DNA of 64,000 nucleotides from Eledone cirrhosa (Eukaryota), in contig OZ024740.1 of NCBI GenBank assembly GCA_964016885.1, positions 161,014,001-161,078,000 of the forward strand. The letters run 5' to 3'. The notes below the pieces were generated by a model. It was given only the letters and a program-made list of their open reading frames with translations, was not told the DNA's origin and searched no databases. A program made the position numbers and the translations under genes. Positions 41,501 to 53,893 of the stretch are shown piece after piece (within the stretch, counting starts at the first letter, position 1; each line of letters opens with the position of its first letter).

Positions 41501-42217
41501 CTAACTCCTGATAGAGTATTTGAACTCAGGATTTGAACTCAGAGAACAGTGAACCTGTTTAATCCAGCACCCTAAGGACTCTGCAAATTTGCCACCTTAG
41601 TTATTGCAAATACAATACAGATTTTCTTGTACCCTTGGATTCAAACCTGTATCATACACTTTCCCTGACTAGATAATTAACCAGAATCATATTACAAAAC
41701 AGGAAACACTCTCAATACTCTTCTATTATTATAATACTGCTGGATCTGTGTTGTCAAAATGACAACAGTATCATTGAACATATTTAATCTTTGGAGTTCA
41801 AGATTGTATGATATATATACCAGGATTACTGAATATATGAACGATCATACAAAATGGGAATTATATATTTTGATAAATGAATGGTTTGCATAAGAGGAAG
41901 GTTATAATTTATATTGATTACTGACAAATGTATGTGATTAAAGATAATAATGATAATTTAATAATAATTTATTTCGAGGATATAGTTACATAAATAGTCA
42001 GCATGTATGTACAAATCACATAGAGAATTAACTATATGAGTAATTTTTAGAAATAACTATTTACAGGGACAAATGTAGGATTAGAATATAGGATTATTGC
42101 AGCAACATGAAGAGATAGGAAATGCACTTTTTATGTGTGTTCATGTTTGTGTATGGACATTTTAAAGTATTGAACCCCCCACCCCACCACCCTCACCCCA
42201 CCACCCTCACCCCACCA

Positions 42218-42249
<32 letters not shown>

Positions 42250-42283
42250 GAACAAAAATACATGGCAAATTAATCTATATAAT

Positions 42284-45200
42284 TATTGCTGGCGACCTAA
42301 ATGGTCACGTTGGACAACATTGTGACGGCTATGAAGGAATCCATGGAGGCTATGGGTTTGGTACTAGAAATGAGGAAGGCTCCAGAATCCTGGAATTCTG
42401 TGATGCAAATAACCTAACTATCTGTAAACATATCTGTAACACAAACTTCAAAAAACGAGACAATCACTTGATCACCTATAGATCTGGGGAACACGCCAGT
42501 CAGATAGATTATATCCTTACCAGAAGACGTGACAGAGTGTCTGTTGTAAACACTAAATCCCTCCCCCATGAAGAATGCACCTCCCTTCCAACATAGCCTC
42601 ATAGTTAGCGACCTCATAGTCAAGACGAGACGTACTCGACAACAGAGGAGGACTATCCTTAGGAGAAAAATATGGAAGTTAAAGGACTCCACAGCCAGTA
42701 ATAAATTTAAAAGCATATTACTTGATGCTTTTGACAGTAAGGAAGAGCAATTAGAGTCGTACAATATAAAGGAACAGTGGGAATTCCTGAAAGCTAACCT
42801 GCTGAAGGCGACAGATGAAATCTGTGGCTGGAGCAGACCCATAGGCGGGAGGAGAGTAACTTGGTGGTGGAACACTAAGGTGGAGGAGTTGATCAAGGCC
42901 AAAAAGCAGGCTTGGAGAGTATGGCGGGATGGGGGAAGTCGAGAAGACTATCAAGTGGCCAGGAGGGAAGCTAGGAGACAAGTGTAGTTCGCAAGAAGGG
43001 AAGCAGAGGAAAGAAAGTTCGAGCATGTTCTACAACACTAGGACCAAAAACGTGAGGTGTTCAGGATTGCTAGACAATGTGTCAAGGAAAACCATGATAT
43101 TGTCGGGGAGAAGTGTGTCGGTAATGATGATGGTGTACTTGGCATCACTGACGCTGATAAGAAGGTAGCTTGGAAGTGTCACTACGAAAGGCTACTAAAT
43201 GAGGAGAATAAATGGGAGAAAGATAGTCTCCCCCACATCGATCCCATAGAGGGACCAGCAGTGTTAGTCAAAGGTAGTATAATAAGTAAGGCAATCAAAG
43301 AAATGAAGACGGGCAAGTCGGCTGGGCCTTCGGAAATAGTTGCTGAAATGCTGAAAGCATCTGGAACGGTGGGACACACTATGGTCACCCGGATAGTAAA
43401 CCAAGTCATACAGAATGGGGTCGTACCAAAGGACTGGCATAGCAGCATCATCATTAACTGCTACAAGGGTAAAGGGGATGCCCTAGATAGGGGAAACTAT
43501 AGAGGCATTAAATTAATTGACCAGGTATGAAGGAGAACAGAAAAAGTAATAGTGCAACTAATCAGAGAGCGAATTGATCTAGATGAAATGCAGTTCGGGT
43601 TTGTGTCGGGTAAAAGTAACACAGACGCTCTTTTCATTGTACGACAACTACAGGAGAAGTACCTAGCTAAAAGTAAACCCCTATACTTAGCTTTCGTTGA
43701 CTTGGAGAAAGCCTTTGACAGAGTCCCACACCCCATTATCTGGTGGGCTCTCAGAAAACTAGGTGTTGATGAATGGCTTGTGAGAGCTATACAAGCCATG
43801 TATAAAGAAACAGTCAGCAAGGTTAGAATTAACAACGAATATAGTGAAGAGTTTAGCGTAAAAGTTGGTGTTCATCAGGGCTCCGTCCTTAGCCCTCTCC
43901 TATTTATTATTGCCCTCCAGGTCATAACAGAGGAGTTCAAGACCGGCTGCCCATGGGAACTTCTATACGCAGATGATCTAACGCTCATAACCGAATCAAT
44001 GGTTCAATTAGAGAAGACATTCCAAACAGGGAAGCATGGACTAGAGTCAAAAGGCCTTAACATTAACTTGTCTAATTCTAAAGTTCTAATATGTAGGAAG
44101 GAAAATAGGGCACTGGTCCCATCTGCGAAATGACCATGCTCAGTGTGTAGGAAAGGAGTAGGCAGAAACTCCATTTTATGTCCCAATTGCAAGGCATGGG
44201 TGCATAAAAGATGTAGTGGGATCACAGGTAAGCTAACTAAGAATATAGATTGTATATGTGGCCAGTGCACAGGTGCAATAAGTAGCAGCAAATGCCCACA
44301 GAATACTAGCTCATTCCATTGCCCAGATGGCTCTATAGAAATAGTGGACACCTTCCATTACCTGGGTGAAAAAATCAGTTGTGGTGGAGGGTGCTCCGAA
44401 AGTACTGTAGCTAGAGTCCGAACGGGATGGAAAAAGTTCAGAGAGCTTATACCACTATTGGCCGCTAAAGATTTCTCTCTAAAAATGAAAGGCAGGCTGT
44501 ACGATGCCTGCATACGAACAGCGATGTTACATGGCAGTGAGACATGGGCCTTGTGTGCAGAGGATCTACGCAGACTGGAGAGGAACGAAGCTTGCATGCT
44601 CCGTTGGATGTGTAATACGTGAACGGCAAGACATAAATGAACTAAGTGAGAAATTAGGAATAAGAGGGATCAGATGTTGTTTACTTGAGGGAAGACTACG
44701 TTGGTATGGTCACATGATATGAATGAAAGACGACACCTGTATAAAAAAGTGCAGGGCGATAAAAATAGATGGTAGCCACGGAGTAGGCAGACCCAGAAAA
44801 ACCTGGGACGACTTGATAAATTCCGACCTCACACACTTACACCTCTCCAAGACAATGTCACTGGACCGAGATCTTTGGCGCTACACAGTTATACAGAAGA
44901 CCCGCCTTGCCTAAGTACAAAGCGAAACCTACAGTCAGTAGACACCTCTTAACCAAAATACACCCCTGTCCCACTACCCCTACCCCTACCCGAATCTACA
45001 CCACCCCTTTCGATGTAAAGTTATGTTGGTACCACAACATCCAGTCCTAAATAAATGAGGTCGTATAGGTGTCACGACAAAAAAACACACAGTCCACGCT
45101 GTAATGTGGCCATGTAGGTAACACGGTAAAAACCTCCCAGTCCACACTGTAAATGTGGTTGGTGTTAAGAAGGGCATCCAGCCGTAGAAAACCTGCCAGA

Positions 45201-45288
45201 CAGTCCTGAGCAAGACATCCAATCTTACCTCAAGTGGGACAATTCCCGTCCAGACTCATGCTAGCGTGGAAGATAGACGTTAAACGAA

Positions 45289-45333
<45 letters not shown>
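42284..45333 (+). mobile_element. 5'-truncated RTE LINE (APE end, RT, PHD) with extended 3' UTR and (GAT)n tail
   Basis: GDLNGH..QIDY; FVDLEKAFD, GVHQGSVLSP, YADD; CSVC..CPNCKAWVHKRC..CGQC; LHGSETW. Few disruptions. Confidence 0.95.
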
Positions 45334-45335
<2 letters not shown>

Positions 45336-46159
45336 GGAGGAGGAGGAGGAGGAGGAGGAGGAGGAGGAGGAAACAGATGTTTAAAATTAAACCTAACACC
45401 ATGCTCTAACTTCCTTATCTGAAACAACTAGCCTTGTGAGTCACAGAAAATTCATGTTTCTGCCAATCATTATGTACAAAATAAAAGAAATGCCAGACCA
45501 TAAGTTACCTGAAATTGGTGCCGTACCTGTATGCACTAGTAAACAATTTGAGATCTTGTGTTTTGCGTCAATATAGGCGAGAGTGTATTTTCTTTTCTTT
45601 TTTACTAAGTTTCCATGCTGCAATTACACCTTTAAGTATTGTAGAATCAACTCAGAGTCATATGGAAAATCTAACTACATTATATAGTTTCCTTCAGTTT
45701 AAGCTTTCTTATTCTCTATTATATTAAACTTGTTAGTTGCCAAATCTTTCTTCCTATCCATTTAGGATTGTCAGCGTAACATAGTAAACATGAATAGAAC
45801 ATACACATACACACACTCATATATATTATACATACATGCATTTGCACATATATACACAAACAAATACACATTTGCACATAGATACACAGAGTATTTTTCC
45901 CTTGGATTATTTTCTGCAACATTTCTAAGATTCCTTAGAAACTATGAAGTGGGTAAATATGTATATAAATTGTTTAGCAAATAAATATACACATACACAC
46001 ACAAAAACATTGATGTAAACCAATTTAAAATCTATTTGTCGTTTTTATGTTTTGTTGTATTTTACCCCTATTACCATGCCTTTGGCTATAAGATTTTTTT
46101 TTTAACTGTTGAATTTCTCTTTTCCATAGTTTCAAAGATATGCATTATCAGTATAACAA

Positions 46160-46390
46160 TTATTATTATTATTGCTGATGTTGTTGCTATTGTTGCTGTT
46201 GAATTTATTGTTGTTATTGCTGTTGTTGGCTTTTTGTTGTTGCTTTTATTGTTGGTATTGTTGTTATTGATGCTTTTGCTTTTATTGTTGGTATTGTTGT
46301 TATTGTTGCTTTTGCTTTTATTGCTTTTATTTTTAGTATTGTTGTTATTGTTGCTGTTGCTTTTATTGTTGTTATTGTTGCTTTTATTGT
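46160..46390. repeat. (TTG/TTA)-rich low-complexity tract
   Basis: Degenerate trinucleotide repeat; source of the poly-Leu and poly-Asn ORFs. Confidence 0.9.
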
Positions 46391-46985
46391 TAAACACACC
46401 TGCTGAAAAATGCCTGAATGTGTTAATTTCAGATCACAATGTTTGAACAAGTTTTATATAGAGATTAAATAGAAATTTCTCAGTTGTTTTTGTAGATTCT
46501 TGTTCTTTCTTTGATAACTTTAGAGAACGTTGCTGCCACTGTTGTTGTTGTTGTTATTGATGATATCGTTTTTGATACTGTGTTTGTGTTGTGTTATGTT
46601 ATGTTCTGTTGTTACTTATTATTCGCTTCGATTCATTGACAAACATAGGGTACATGAAGTTAACAGAAACCAGTTATTATTATATTTATTATTGAATAAG
46701 AAATCATCATCATCATCATTATTATTACTACCTCCATTACCATTATTATTATCATTATTATTATTATTATTGAATGCCATGGTTGACGGAGGCTCGGCTC
46801 TGTAAGGTATAGTAATTTTTAACCGTTAAAACAATTGTAAATTGTTTAAAACTTGAACCAAATTGTTGATAAAGACACCCTCCTCCTCGTGAGAGGGGTC
46901 TTTCTGTCCGTTATTTGGCCCTTCGGGGTTAAATAACCAGTTATTGGGGTTTTGTACCCAATATTCATTTTAAACAAAAAACAAC

Positions 46986-49088
46986 ATGGCTACGAAAAAG
47001 AAATTTCATACGTCACTCCCACTCATTCCGTCTTCTCCTTCCTCAATCATCACTACAGCAGAGAGAAGATTGTCTCTCTCCCTCCCTTCTTTAAATGTGT
47101 CTCTCTCCCTCCCTTCTCTTTCGCAAGTGACGAAAGAAAAGAAAAGTCTCGTGCAAAGCGTGCAAGGTTTCTCCACGACGACGACGACAGCGACGAAACA
47201 GGTGTGCGGGAAATACGAAAACCCAGTTCATTCGTCTCACGTCAGGAATAATAGCAGTAGCAGCCGTAATAACAACAGCAACAGTGACAATGAAAACAAC
47301 AGTAGCAGCCGCAACAGCATCACCAGCAGCATAAACAACAACAGCATTAGCAGCAGCAACACCAACAACAACCACAGCAACAGCGGCGGAGGCAGTAGTC
47401 GTAGTACCTGCAGCAACAACAAAAGTACCAGCAGCTCTGACAACAACAACAACAATAGCAGCAAAGAAAAACCAATCTCATTTGCAGGCATTGCGAAAAA
47501 CTTGGAAACAATCCTCATAACAAATGAGGAATTAGAGGAAGCGAAGAAGATGGTGACAAAGAATGGACACCGAGCAATCTGCAAGGCAGCGGAAAAATTT
47601 TTCGAAACCCAACAGCACTGTACAGTCACGTACCGTACAGTAAGTACAAAATCCCGTAGGGTGGAAAGAGCCACAGAGGCTCAGATACAAAAAGCCTTGG
47701 GGTCTGTGTGGCAGCGGAAAACGCACATCACCCGAGGCAAAAAATATGCCACCGTAGACGTACTTTTTGCCACACCCCAGGAGGCAAAGGCCCAATCAGT
47801 AGTGACCCTAAGGAGCGAGGAAATGGTGTTGGTGCCCTCCTACTGCGGGCAAAAAATTGTGAGGGTCAAACTGACCCACGTCCCCCCCGGAATGGCCCCT
47901 TCTTGGCTGGCCGCGTCTGTCCTCGTCGGAATCGAGGACAAAACAACTGTACTGCAAGTACAGAAAAAAGTAAGAGAAGATTGGGTCGGCACCTCCATTG
48001 AGATGCTAATCCAAACCAACCAGGAGTTCATCGAAGCTATCCCGGATGTGATAGACTTCGATAACGGCACTCAACTCCCCATAAGTGTTGAGGGCAAACG
48101 CCCGAAATGCTTTCGCTGTGGATCGAAGACTCACCTCAGGGCCTTCTGCGACGAGAAGACCCTGAGAAAGGAGAAAACCCCCCTCCTTCCGAATCCGGCT
48201 CCACGGCTACCAGCAACAGGACAAGCGGCAACCAGGAACGATAGGTCCGTGGCACCCATACCCACTCCACGGAAATCAAAAACAGCAGCAGCAGTGGAAA
48301 TATTAACAACAAAAACAGCAATACCAAATGCAGCTGCAACAGAGACTCCAGTGCAAACATCACCAACAACAACAAGTGAAAGAGTGGAGCTGGAACCCCT
48401 CCCCGACCTCACAGAATCAGACATGGAGTGTGAGGTGGGAGAGGGATGGCAAAAGGTCGTAAGAAGGCACAAACGCAGAAGCAGCGCATCGTCGCCTTTG
48501 AAAAGGGAGGAAAGAAATGGGAAAAGGGTAAAGTCTACTGCAAAGAGACCCACAGCAGCAACACCACCAACACCATCACCACCCACACTAGCACCACCAT
48601 CACCACCGGCGACAACCCCACCGCCAACAACACCTTCAACACCACCACCACAAGCACCAACATCGCAAACACAACAACAAAACACACACACCCAGCAACA
48701 ACGACAAGAAAATAGCAGAACCACACCCTACCCCCAGAAAAACAAATGCACGGCAATAAATACACACAACAAGAAACTAATGACTTACATAATTGAACAC
48801 ACAGACATTTCACAACAGGACTACATAATACCAGCACCAATCAAAACGCCAACTAACATAAGACTGCTAAAAATAGCACAGAAACAATACACAAACATTA
48901 AAACGAAATTCCCCAACGCAGTTGGTGATTTCAGGGACCTAGGAGGAACCATCAATCGAAGAGTATATTCAGACATTCTCTTAGAAGAGCCGACGACCAG
49001 CCGAAGGGACGATTCAACGGTCCCTTCACCAGACGATCAAGTGAAAAGGGATGTAAAAACCATCCCTCCTCTACCAAAAGTACGGTAA
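46986..49088 (+). CDS. Tx1-like ORF1 (gag-like, CCHC zinc knuckle), 700 aa
   Basis: Intact ORF with CFRCGSKTHLRAFC knuckle, RRM-like region, and N/S-rich and P/T-rich tracts. Confidence 0.9.
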   Translation: MATKKKFHTSLPLIPSSPSSIITTAERRLSLSLPSLNVSLSLPSLSQVTKEKKSLVQSVQGFSTTTTTATKQVCGKYENPVHSSHVRNNSSSSRNNNSNSDNENNSSSRNSITSSINNNSISSSNTNNNHSNSGGGSSRSTCSNNKSTSSSDNNNNNSSKEKPISFAGIAKNLETILITNEELEEAKKMVTKNGHRAICKAAEKFFETQQHCTVTYRTVSTKSRRVERATEAQIQKALGSVWQRKTHITRGKKYATVDVLFATPQEAKAQSVVTLRSEEMVLVPSYCGQKIVRVKLTHVPPGMAPSWLAASVLVGIEDKTTVLQVQKKVREDWVGTSIEMLIQTNQEFIEAIPDVIDFDNGTQLPISVEGKRPKCFRCGSKTHLRAFCDEKTLRKEKTPLLPNPAPRLPATGQAATRNDRSVAPIPTPRKSKTAAAVEILTTKTAIPNAAATETPVQTSPTTTSERVELEPLPDLTESDMECEVGEGWQKVVRRHKRRSSASSPLKREERNGKRVKSTAKRPTAATPPTPSPPTLAPPSPPATTPPPTTPSTPPPQAPTSQTQQQNTHTQQQRQENSRTTPYPQKNKCTAINTHNKKLMTYIIEHTDISQQDYIIPAPIKTPTNIRLLKIAQKQYTNIKTKFPNAVGDFRDLGGTINRRVYSDILLEEPTTSRRDDSTVPSPDDQVKRDVKTIPPLPKVR

Positions 49089-49123
49089 GTGGTCTTTCCC
49101 ATCTTTTCCACTCTATTTTAAAC

Positions 49124-52100
49124 ATGACCTCACTCAGAATAGGCAGCATAAATGCGCGTGGCTTGGGGTCGTCATGGAAGCAAGGTCACCTGCTCAACGA
49201 CCTCAGGTCACTAAACATAGATGTAGTGGCCATCAGCGAGACCAGAATCTCCGAAGCACGGGCCTTCGCACCGATCTTCGGCGGCTACGATGTGTACGCA
49301 TCTCCCAGCCGTCCTGGATCGGGTGGAGGAGTTGCTGTGCTTTTTCGGAGAGGTTTGGATCTCGCCATACGGGCCATCTTCCTGGACCCAGAGGGTAAGC
49401 TGGTGGTGCTGGACGTGACCAGCGAAGACGGGCAAGCTTTCAGGCTAGTGGCCGTCTATGCCCCGACAGGAGCAGGGCGGCCTGATTTCTTCCGGCGTCT
49501 GGAGACCTTTCTTGGAACGTCCCGCTCTTTAGTGTTAGTGGGCGACTGGAACGGGATCTTAGATGCACGCTGGGACTGTGTGGGATTAGCGGATAGGGGT
49601 GGAGGGTGCAAGAGCCTCACCTACCTGCTCAGGCGTTTTGAACTGTCTGACAGGTACCGGTTGGATTTCCCGAATGTGCCAATGTGGACTTGGACAAACC
49701 GCATAGAGTCATCCAGATCATATCTAGATAGAGTATTTTGTAGGGAAATAGATAGGTCTAGCATAGGCTGTCCACAATTCAAGATAGTCAGCTACACGGA
49801 CCACAAATTCGTGATCTGTGTGCTTGACTTAGATAGGCTTCATAGACGAGGACCCGGCTACTGGAAGCTAAACGCGTCCTTACCAGCGCGCAAGGCCTAC
49901 AGAGACCGGATTAGAGAACTAGTTAAGCGGGCGTTGACGGGGGCCATCGTCAATAACTAGTGGTGGTTTGCTCTGAAAAGAGCGATTAGAATAGAATCGA
50001 TTAGGTTTAGTAAGGCTTTAGCAATAGAGAAAAATAGAGCAGAGGGAGAACTAGTTAGAAAATTAGACGAGGCGCTTAGCAAAGGCATTGCGACCGACGT
50101 GCTTGCGGCGAAATTGGCCCTTGACCAATTCTTCAATGCAAAGCACGAAGGCTGCGTTGTCAGAGCAAGGGTGCGTGCTCTCAGACACGAGGGGACGAAA
50201 GCCGTTCAATGGGCCCGAGTGGCGGAGGCGCGTCGTGGCATGAAAGCCACGATCCGGTCTTTGGTGGACCACGACGGGCGCATGCTACTCGATCCCGGGA
50301 AAATGTGTGAAGCTTTTCAGCGACACTTCGCTCAGCTGTTCGGGGGCAGCGGTGGGCCGGGTAGAGGGATGGACTTTAGTGTCTACCTCGACGGACTGCC
50401 GCGGCTCTCGGCCACTGAGGCGAAGTGCTGCGAAAGGCCGATAACAGCCGCTGAAGTAAGGGAGTCAATGACTGGCAGCACAAGGGGTAAATCGCCTGGT
50501 TTGGATGGTCTGCCCTATGAACTTTACGTACAGATGCCAGACTTGTTCGGAGGCCTCTTGGCGGACGTCTACTGCAACTGGCAACAGAACGGGAGAATTC
50601 CCAGTTCTGTGAGCCGAGGAGCTGTGGCGCTGCTGAAAAAGGATCCGAACAAGGGGGATAACATAGACAATTTCCGGCCCATAACTCTGCTAAACACAGA
50701 GTTCAAGATTTGGGCCAAGGTGCTAGCAAAGAGGTTGGCGCTTGTCGTTGGTGGTCTGGTGGGAGAGGCGCAGACATGCGCCATTCCCGACAGATCCATC
50801 CATGACAACCTCCACCTCATGCGATACATCATAGAGAAGGTAGCTAAGGAACCTGGCACGGGTTGGTCCTTGATCAATTTAGATCAGTCGAAAGCTTTCG
50901 ATAGGGTCGACCATCGTTACCTAGCGGCAGTCCTGAGGGCGGCTGGCTTTGGGCCCGTCTTCAGAGGCTGGATCGCTGCCATGCACAGCGACATCTGCTC
51001 TGTGGTGAGAGTGAACGGTCACCTGTCGGAACCGTTCAACATCATGCGCTCGGTCCGCCAAGGATGTCCCCTCTCGTCCCTCTTGTACGTATTGACTCTC
51101 GAGCCATTACTGCACAAACTGGAGACGTTGAGGGGAGTCCCGCGCGAACTAGGATGCGGAAGATCCGTGTCAGCATATGCGGACGATGTCACCGTAGTGG
51201 TGTCGAACGCCAAACACATCGAGGCGATCGGCACTACACTAAGAGAATACGAAGCGGTGACAGGAGCAATGATCAACCAGGAAAAGTCAGTGGGCCTGCA
51301 GCTCGGCACCTGGAGAGGCAGGTCCATGCCGTCCAACAGCGTCGTCGGACGCTGGACGGACGGACCGGTTAAATTGCTAGGGGTCTGGTTCGGTCCGGAC
51401 CTCCAGACGGACAAAAACTGGGACGAGGTGACGAGCAGGGTGGCTTCTTTCACCCAGAAATGGGCGGAGAGGAAGCTATCCCTGAAAGGTCGAGCGGAGG
51501 TGGCTAACGCGTACATCGCGTCTGTCATCTGCTACCGCCTAACCGTCGTACCTTGTCCTAAGCCTCGCCTGACTGCGCTGGAGCGTTTGCTCTTTCGCTT
51601 TTTGTGGAAGGGACGTGCTCCGATGGTCAGGCGGTCCATCTGTTGTCAACACCCGCTACGTGGAGGGCTGGGCAAGCCGTGGCTGATGATGCGCAGGCAC
51701 GCGCTCAGGCTACGACATCTCCACCTCTTCCTCGACGGTGATCAAGTGTGGTCGCCGTTTGCTAGACGCGTTTTTCCCCAGCTCGTTTCCTTGACGGAGC
51801 TGCAGTCCTGGGTCAAGCGAAGACCGAGAGGGAGCGCCTGGAGACTGGAATGTCTTCAGGCTCTCACAGCCCTCGACCAATCGGGCAATGTGATCGGTGG
51901 AAACTCCACCTCGGCGTTCTATAGAGGATTAGTGGAGGGGAAGAGCGACGACGTACTTGGGGAAACTCTAGGCGTCGACGAAAATCAACTAGCCAATCTC
52001 TTCGGAAGAACTTTCGGGCCGGGGCCTATGGACAACTTCCAGAAATCTCTGGCCTGGCAGTGCTACCGAGGAGCCTTGCCAGTTCGGGATAAACTCTACA

Positions 52101-52543
52101 GGCATGGAGGTGCCGTCAGCCGGGCATGTCCGAGATGCGCGCAGGGCGACGAAACCGTCCTGCACGCACTCGTCCAGTGTCCGAAAATTGCTGACTTGTG
52201 GGTTTATGTCGAACACCTGCTGTCGCGTTTAGGACGGATCCAGCTATCATCTGAGTCTATCGTGAGGATTGCCCCGCCCTCCTCCTTTAGCCGGGAAGGG
52301 CAGGCAGTTTTTATCTGTCTGGTGGCCATGGCGAAAGAGATAGTATGGTGGACACGTTTGAAAGGGCTGAAGACGAGCACTTACCTCTTCGGTGATGCTC
52401 TGATTGACTTTTTCAAATTTCATTTGAAAAGGAAAATCAGAGTAGAGAAGGAAGTGCTCTATTCCCAGCATTTTGTTGAAAGATGGGTGAGAGAAGCAAG
52501 AATGGCCCGAGTGAATGGGCCGACTCTGAGTATATATCTGTAA
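49124..52543 (+). CDS. Tx1-like ORF2 (APE, RT, zinc finger) interrupted by one in-frame TAG at 49958-49960
   Basis: NARGL, SET, GDWN, YLDR, TDH; SPGLDGL, QGCPLS, YADD; CPRC..ETVLHALVQC. The two track ORFs are in one frame and codons 49961-50098 are open. Confidence 0.92.
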
Positions 52544-52804
52544 ACTAAAGGTGGAAAACTGGGAGAGGGCACTTGCCTTGGTGGTCAGGGTCATTGTGGC
52601 TTTTCACTGGGCTTTCTCCACAAATGTCCCTCCGAAGTCTCCCCCCTATTGGGGAATTTTTCATTGTTATTTTCATTGTTATTTTTGTTACATCCTCTGT
52701 TTTTGTTTTTTTTACACGCAGAAATGCCCATTTGTACCGTCCTGCATTGTCCTGCACTGTCCTTAATGTCTACTTTATGTCAACCCTTGTGGTTAATAAA
52801 GAAA

Positions 52805-52862
<58 letters not shown>

Positions 52863-53299
52863 CGTTGTTATTGTTGTTGTTGTTGTTATTATTATTATTA
52901 GCAGTAGTTGCAGTGTTGGTGGTTGTAGTCATTATTGCCATAGTATTAATGTTGATACTGTTAGCGTGTTGTATTACATTAAATCATTACCTATTATTCA
53001 CTTTGATTTGTTGAAAAACAAGGTAAAATAAAGTTAACATATTACATATGCAAGAATATGTAGATAAAATGAAACTGTATTGATTAACAAACTCCACACA
53101 GGTAATATACAGTAATGCAAACTTTCTTTTTGATGGAGTCCTCGTGTAGATCTGAAGGGAAGAACATTTTTAGCACCAGTGGCAAATTACAAATGCATGA
53201 ACCTATGGGAACACATCTGCACAGAGAAAAATAATGAAATTTTAAGTTTAAAATGTGTAGGTTTGTAACATATTAAATTAATGGTTTGGTCATAAGACT

Positions 53300-53862
53300 T
53301 AATGTGGTGGATTGGTTGGAGCATTAGATCGTTGGTCAAAATACCTTGCAATATTTAGTCGGGCTCTCTGTCTTTTGGGTTCAAATCCCTTTTACAGTGT
53401 TGATGAAATGAAGTATTATTTCAGAGTGGCAGATTTACACAATTACTAGAGCATTAGCTAGAATATTTTGTGGTATGTGTTCTGGCTGTTCACATTCAAA
53501 GTTTAAATCTCAACTGTCAGGTTTGCCTTCCACCCTGTGGGATCAATAAAATCAAGTACCAGTCAAGTATTGAGATCAATTTAATGAACTCTGCTTTCTT
53601 CTCAAATTGCTAATCATGTGCCTAAATTAGAAATCATTATTAACAGGATGGTGGATTGGCAGTATCGGAGGGTGGTAGATTGGCAGTATCGGTAGAGGGT
53701 CGGATGCCATGCTTTTACGCATAGAGATACGGTCCTTGCCATTCTGAGTTCAAATCCCACCGAGGTTAACTTTACCTTTCATCCTTACGGGGTCGATAAA
53801 ATAAAGTACCAGTAATACACCCGGTAATTGCTGGCCTTGTGCCAAAAGTAGAAACAATTATT
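53300..53862 (+). mobile_element. Head-to-tail SINE cluster
   Basis: Three units. The last (about 53648-53862) is near consensus with a duplicated head. Confidence 0.85.
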
Positions 53863-53893
53863 AACAGTGTGGTGACCTGGAAATTAGTTAGAC

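Larger units (their letters stand above)
46772..52806 (+). mobile_element. Full-length Tx1/L1-group LINE inserted in an (ATT)n array
   Basis: 5' UTR, ORF1, ORF2 and 3' UTR ending AATAAAGAAATC. (ATT)n on both flanks. GC- and CpG-rich relative to the surroundings. Confidence 0.95.

Noticed and set aside
46036-46805. Poly-Leu membrane-like and poly-Asn ORFs
   Set aside because: Trinucleotide low-complexity DNA.
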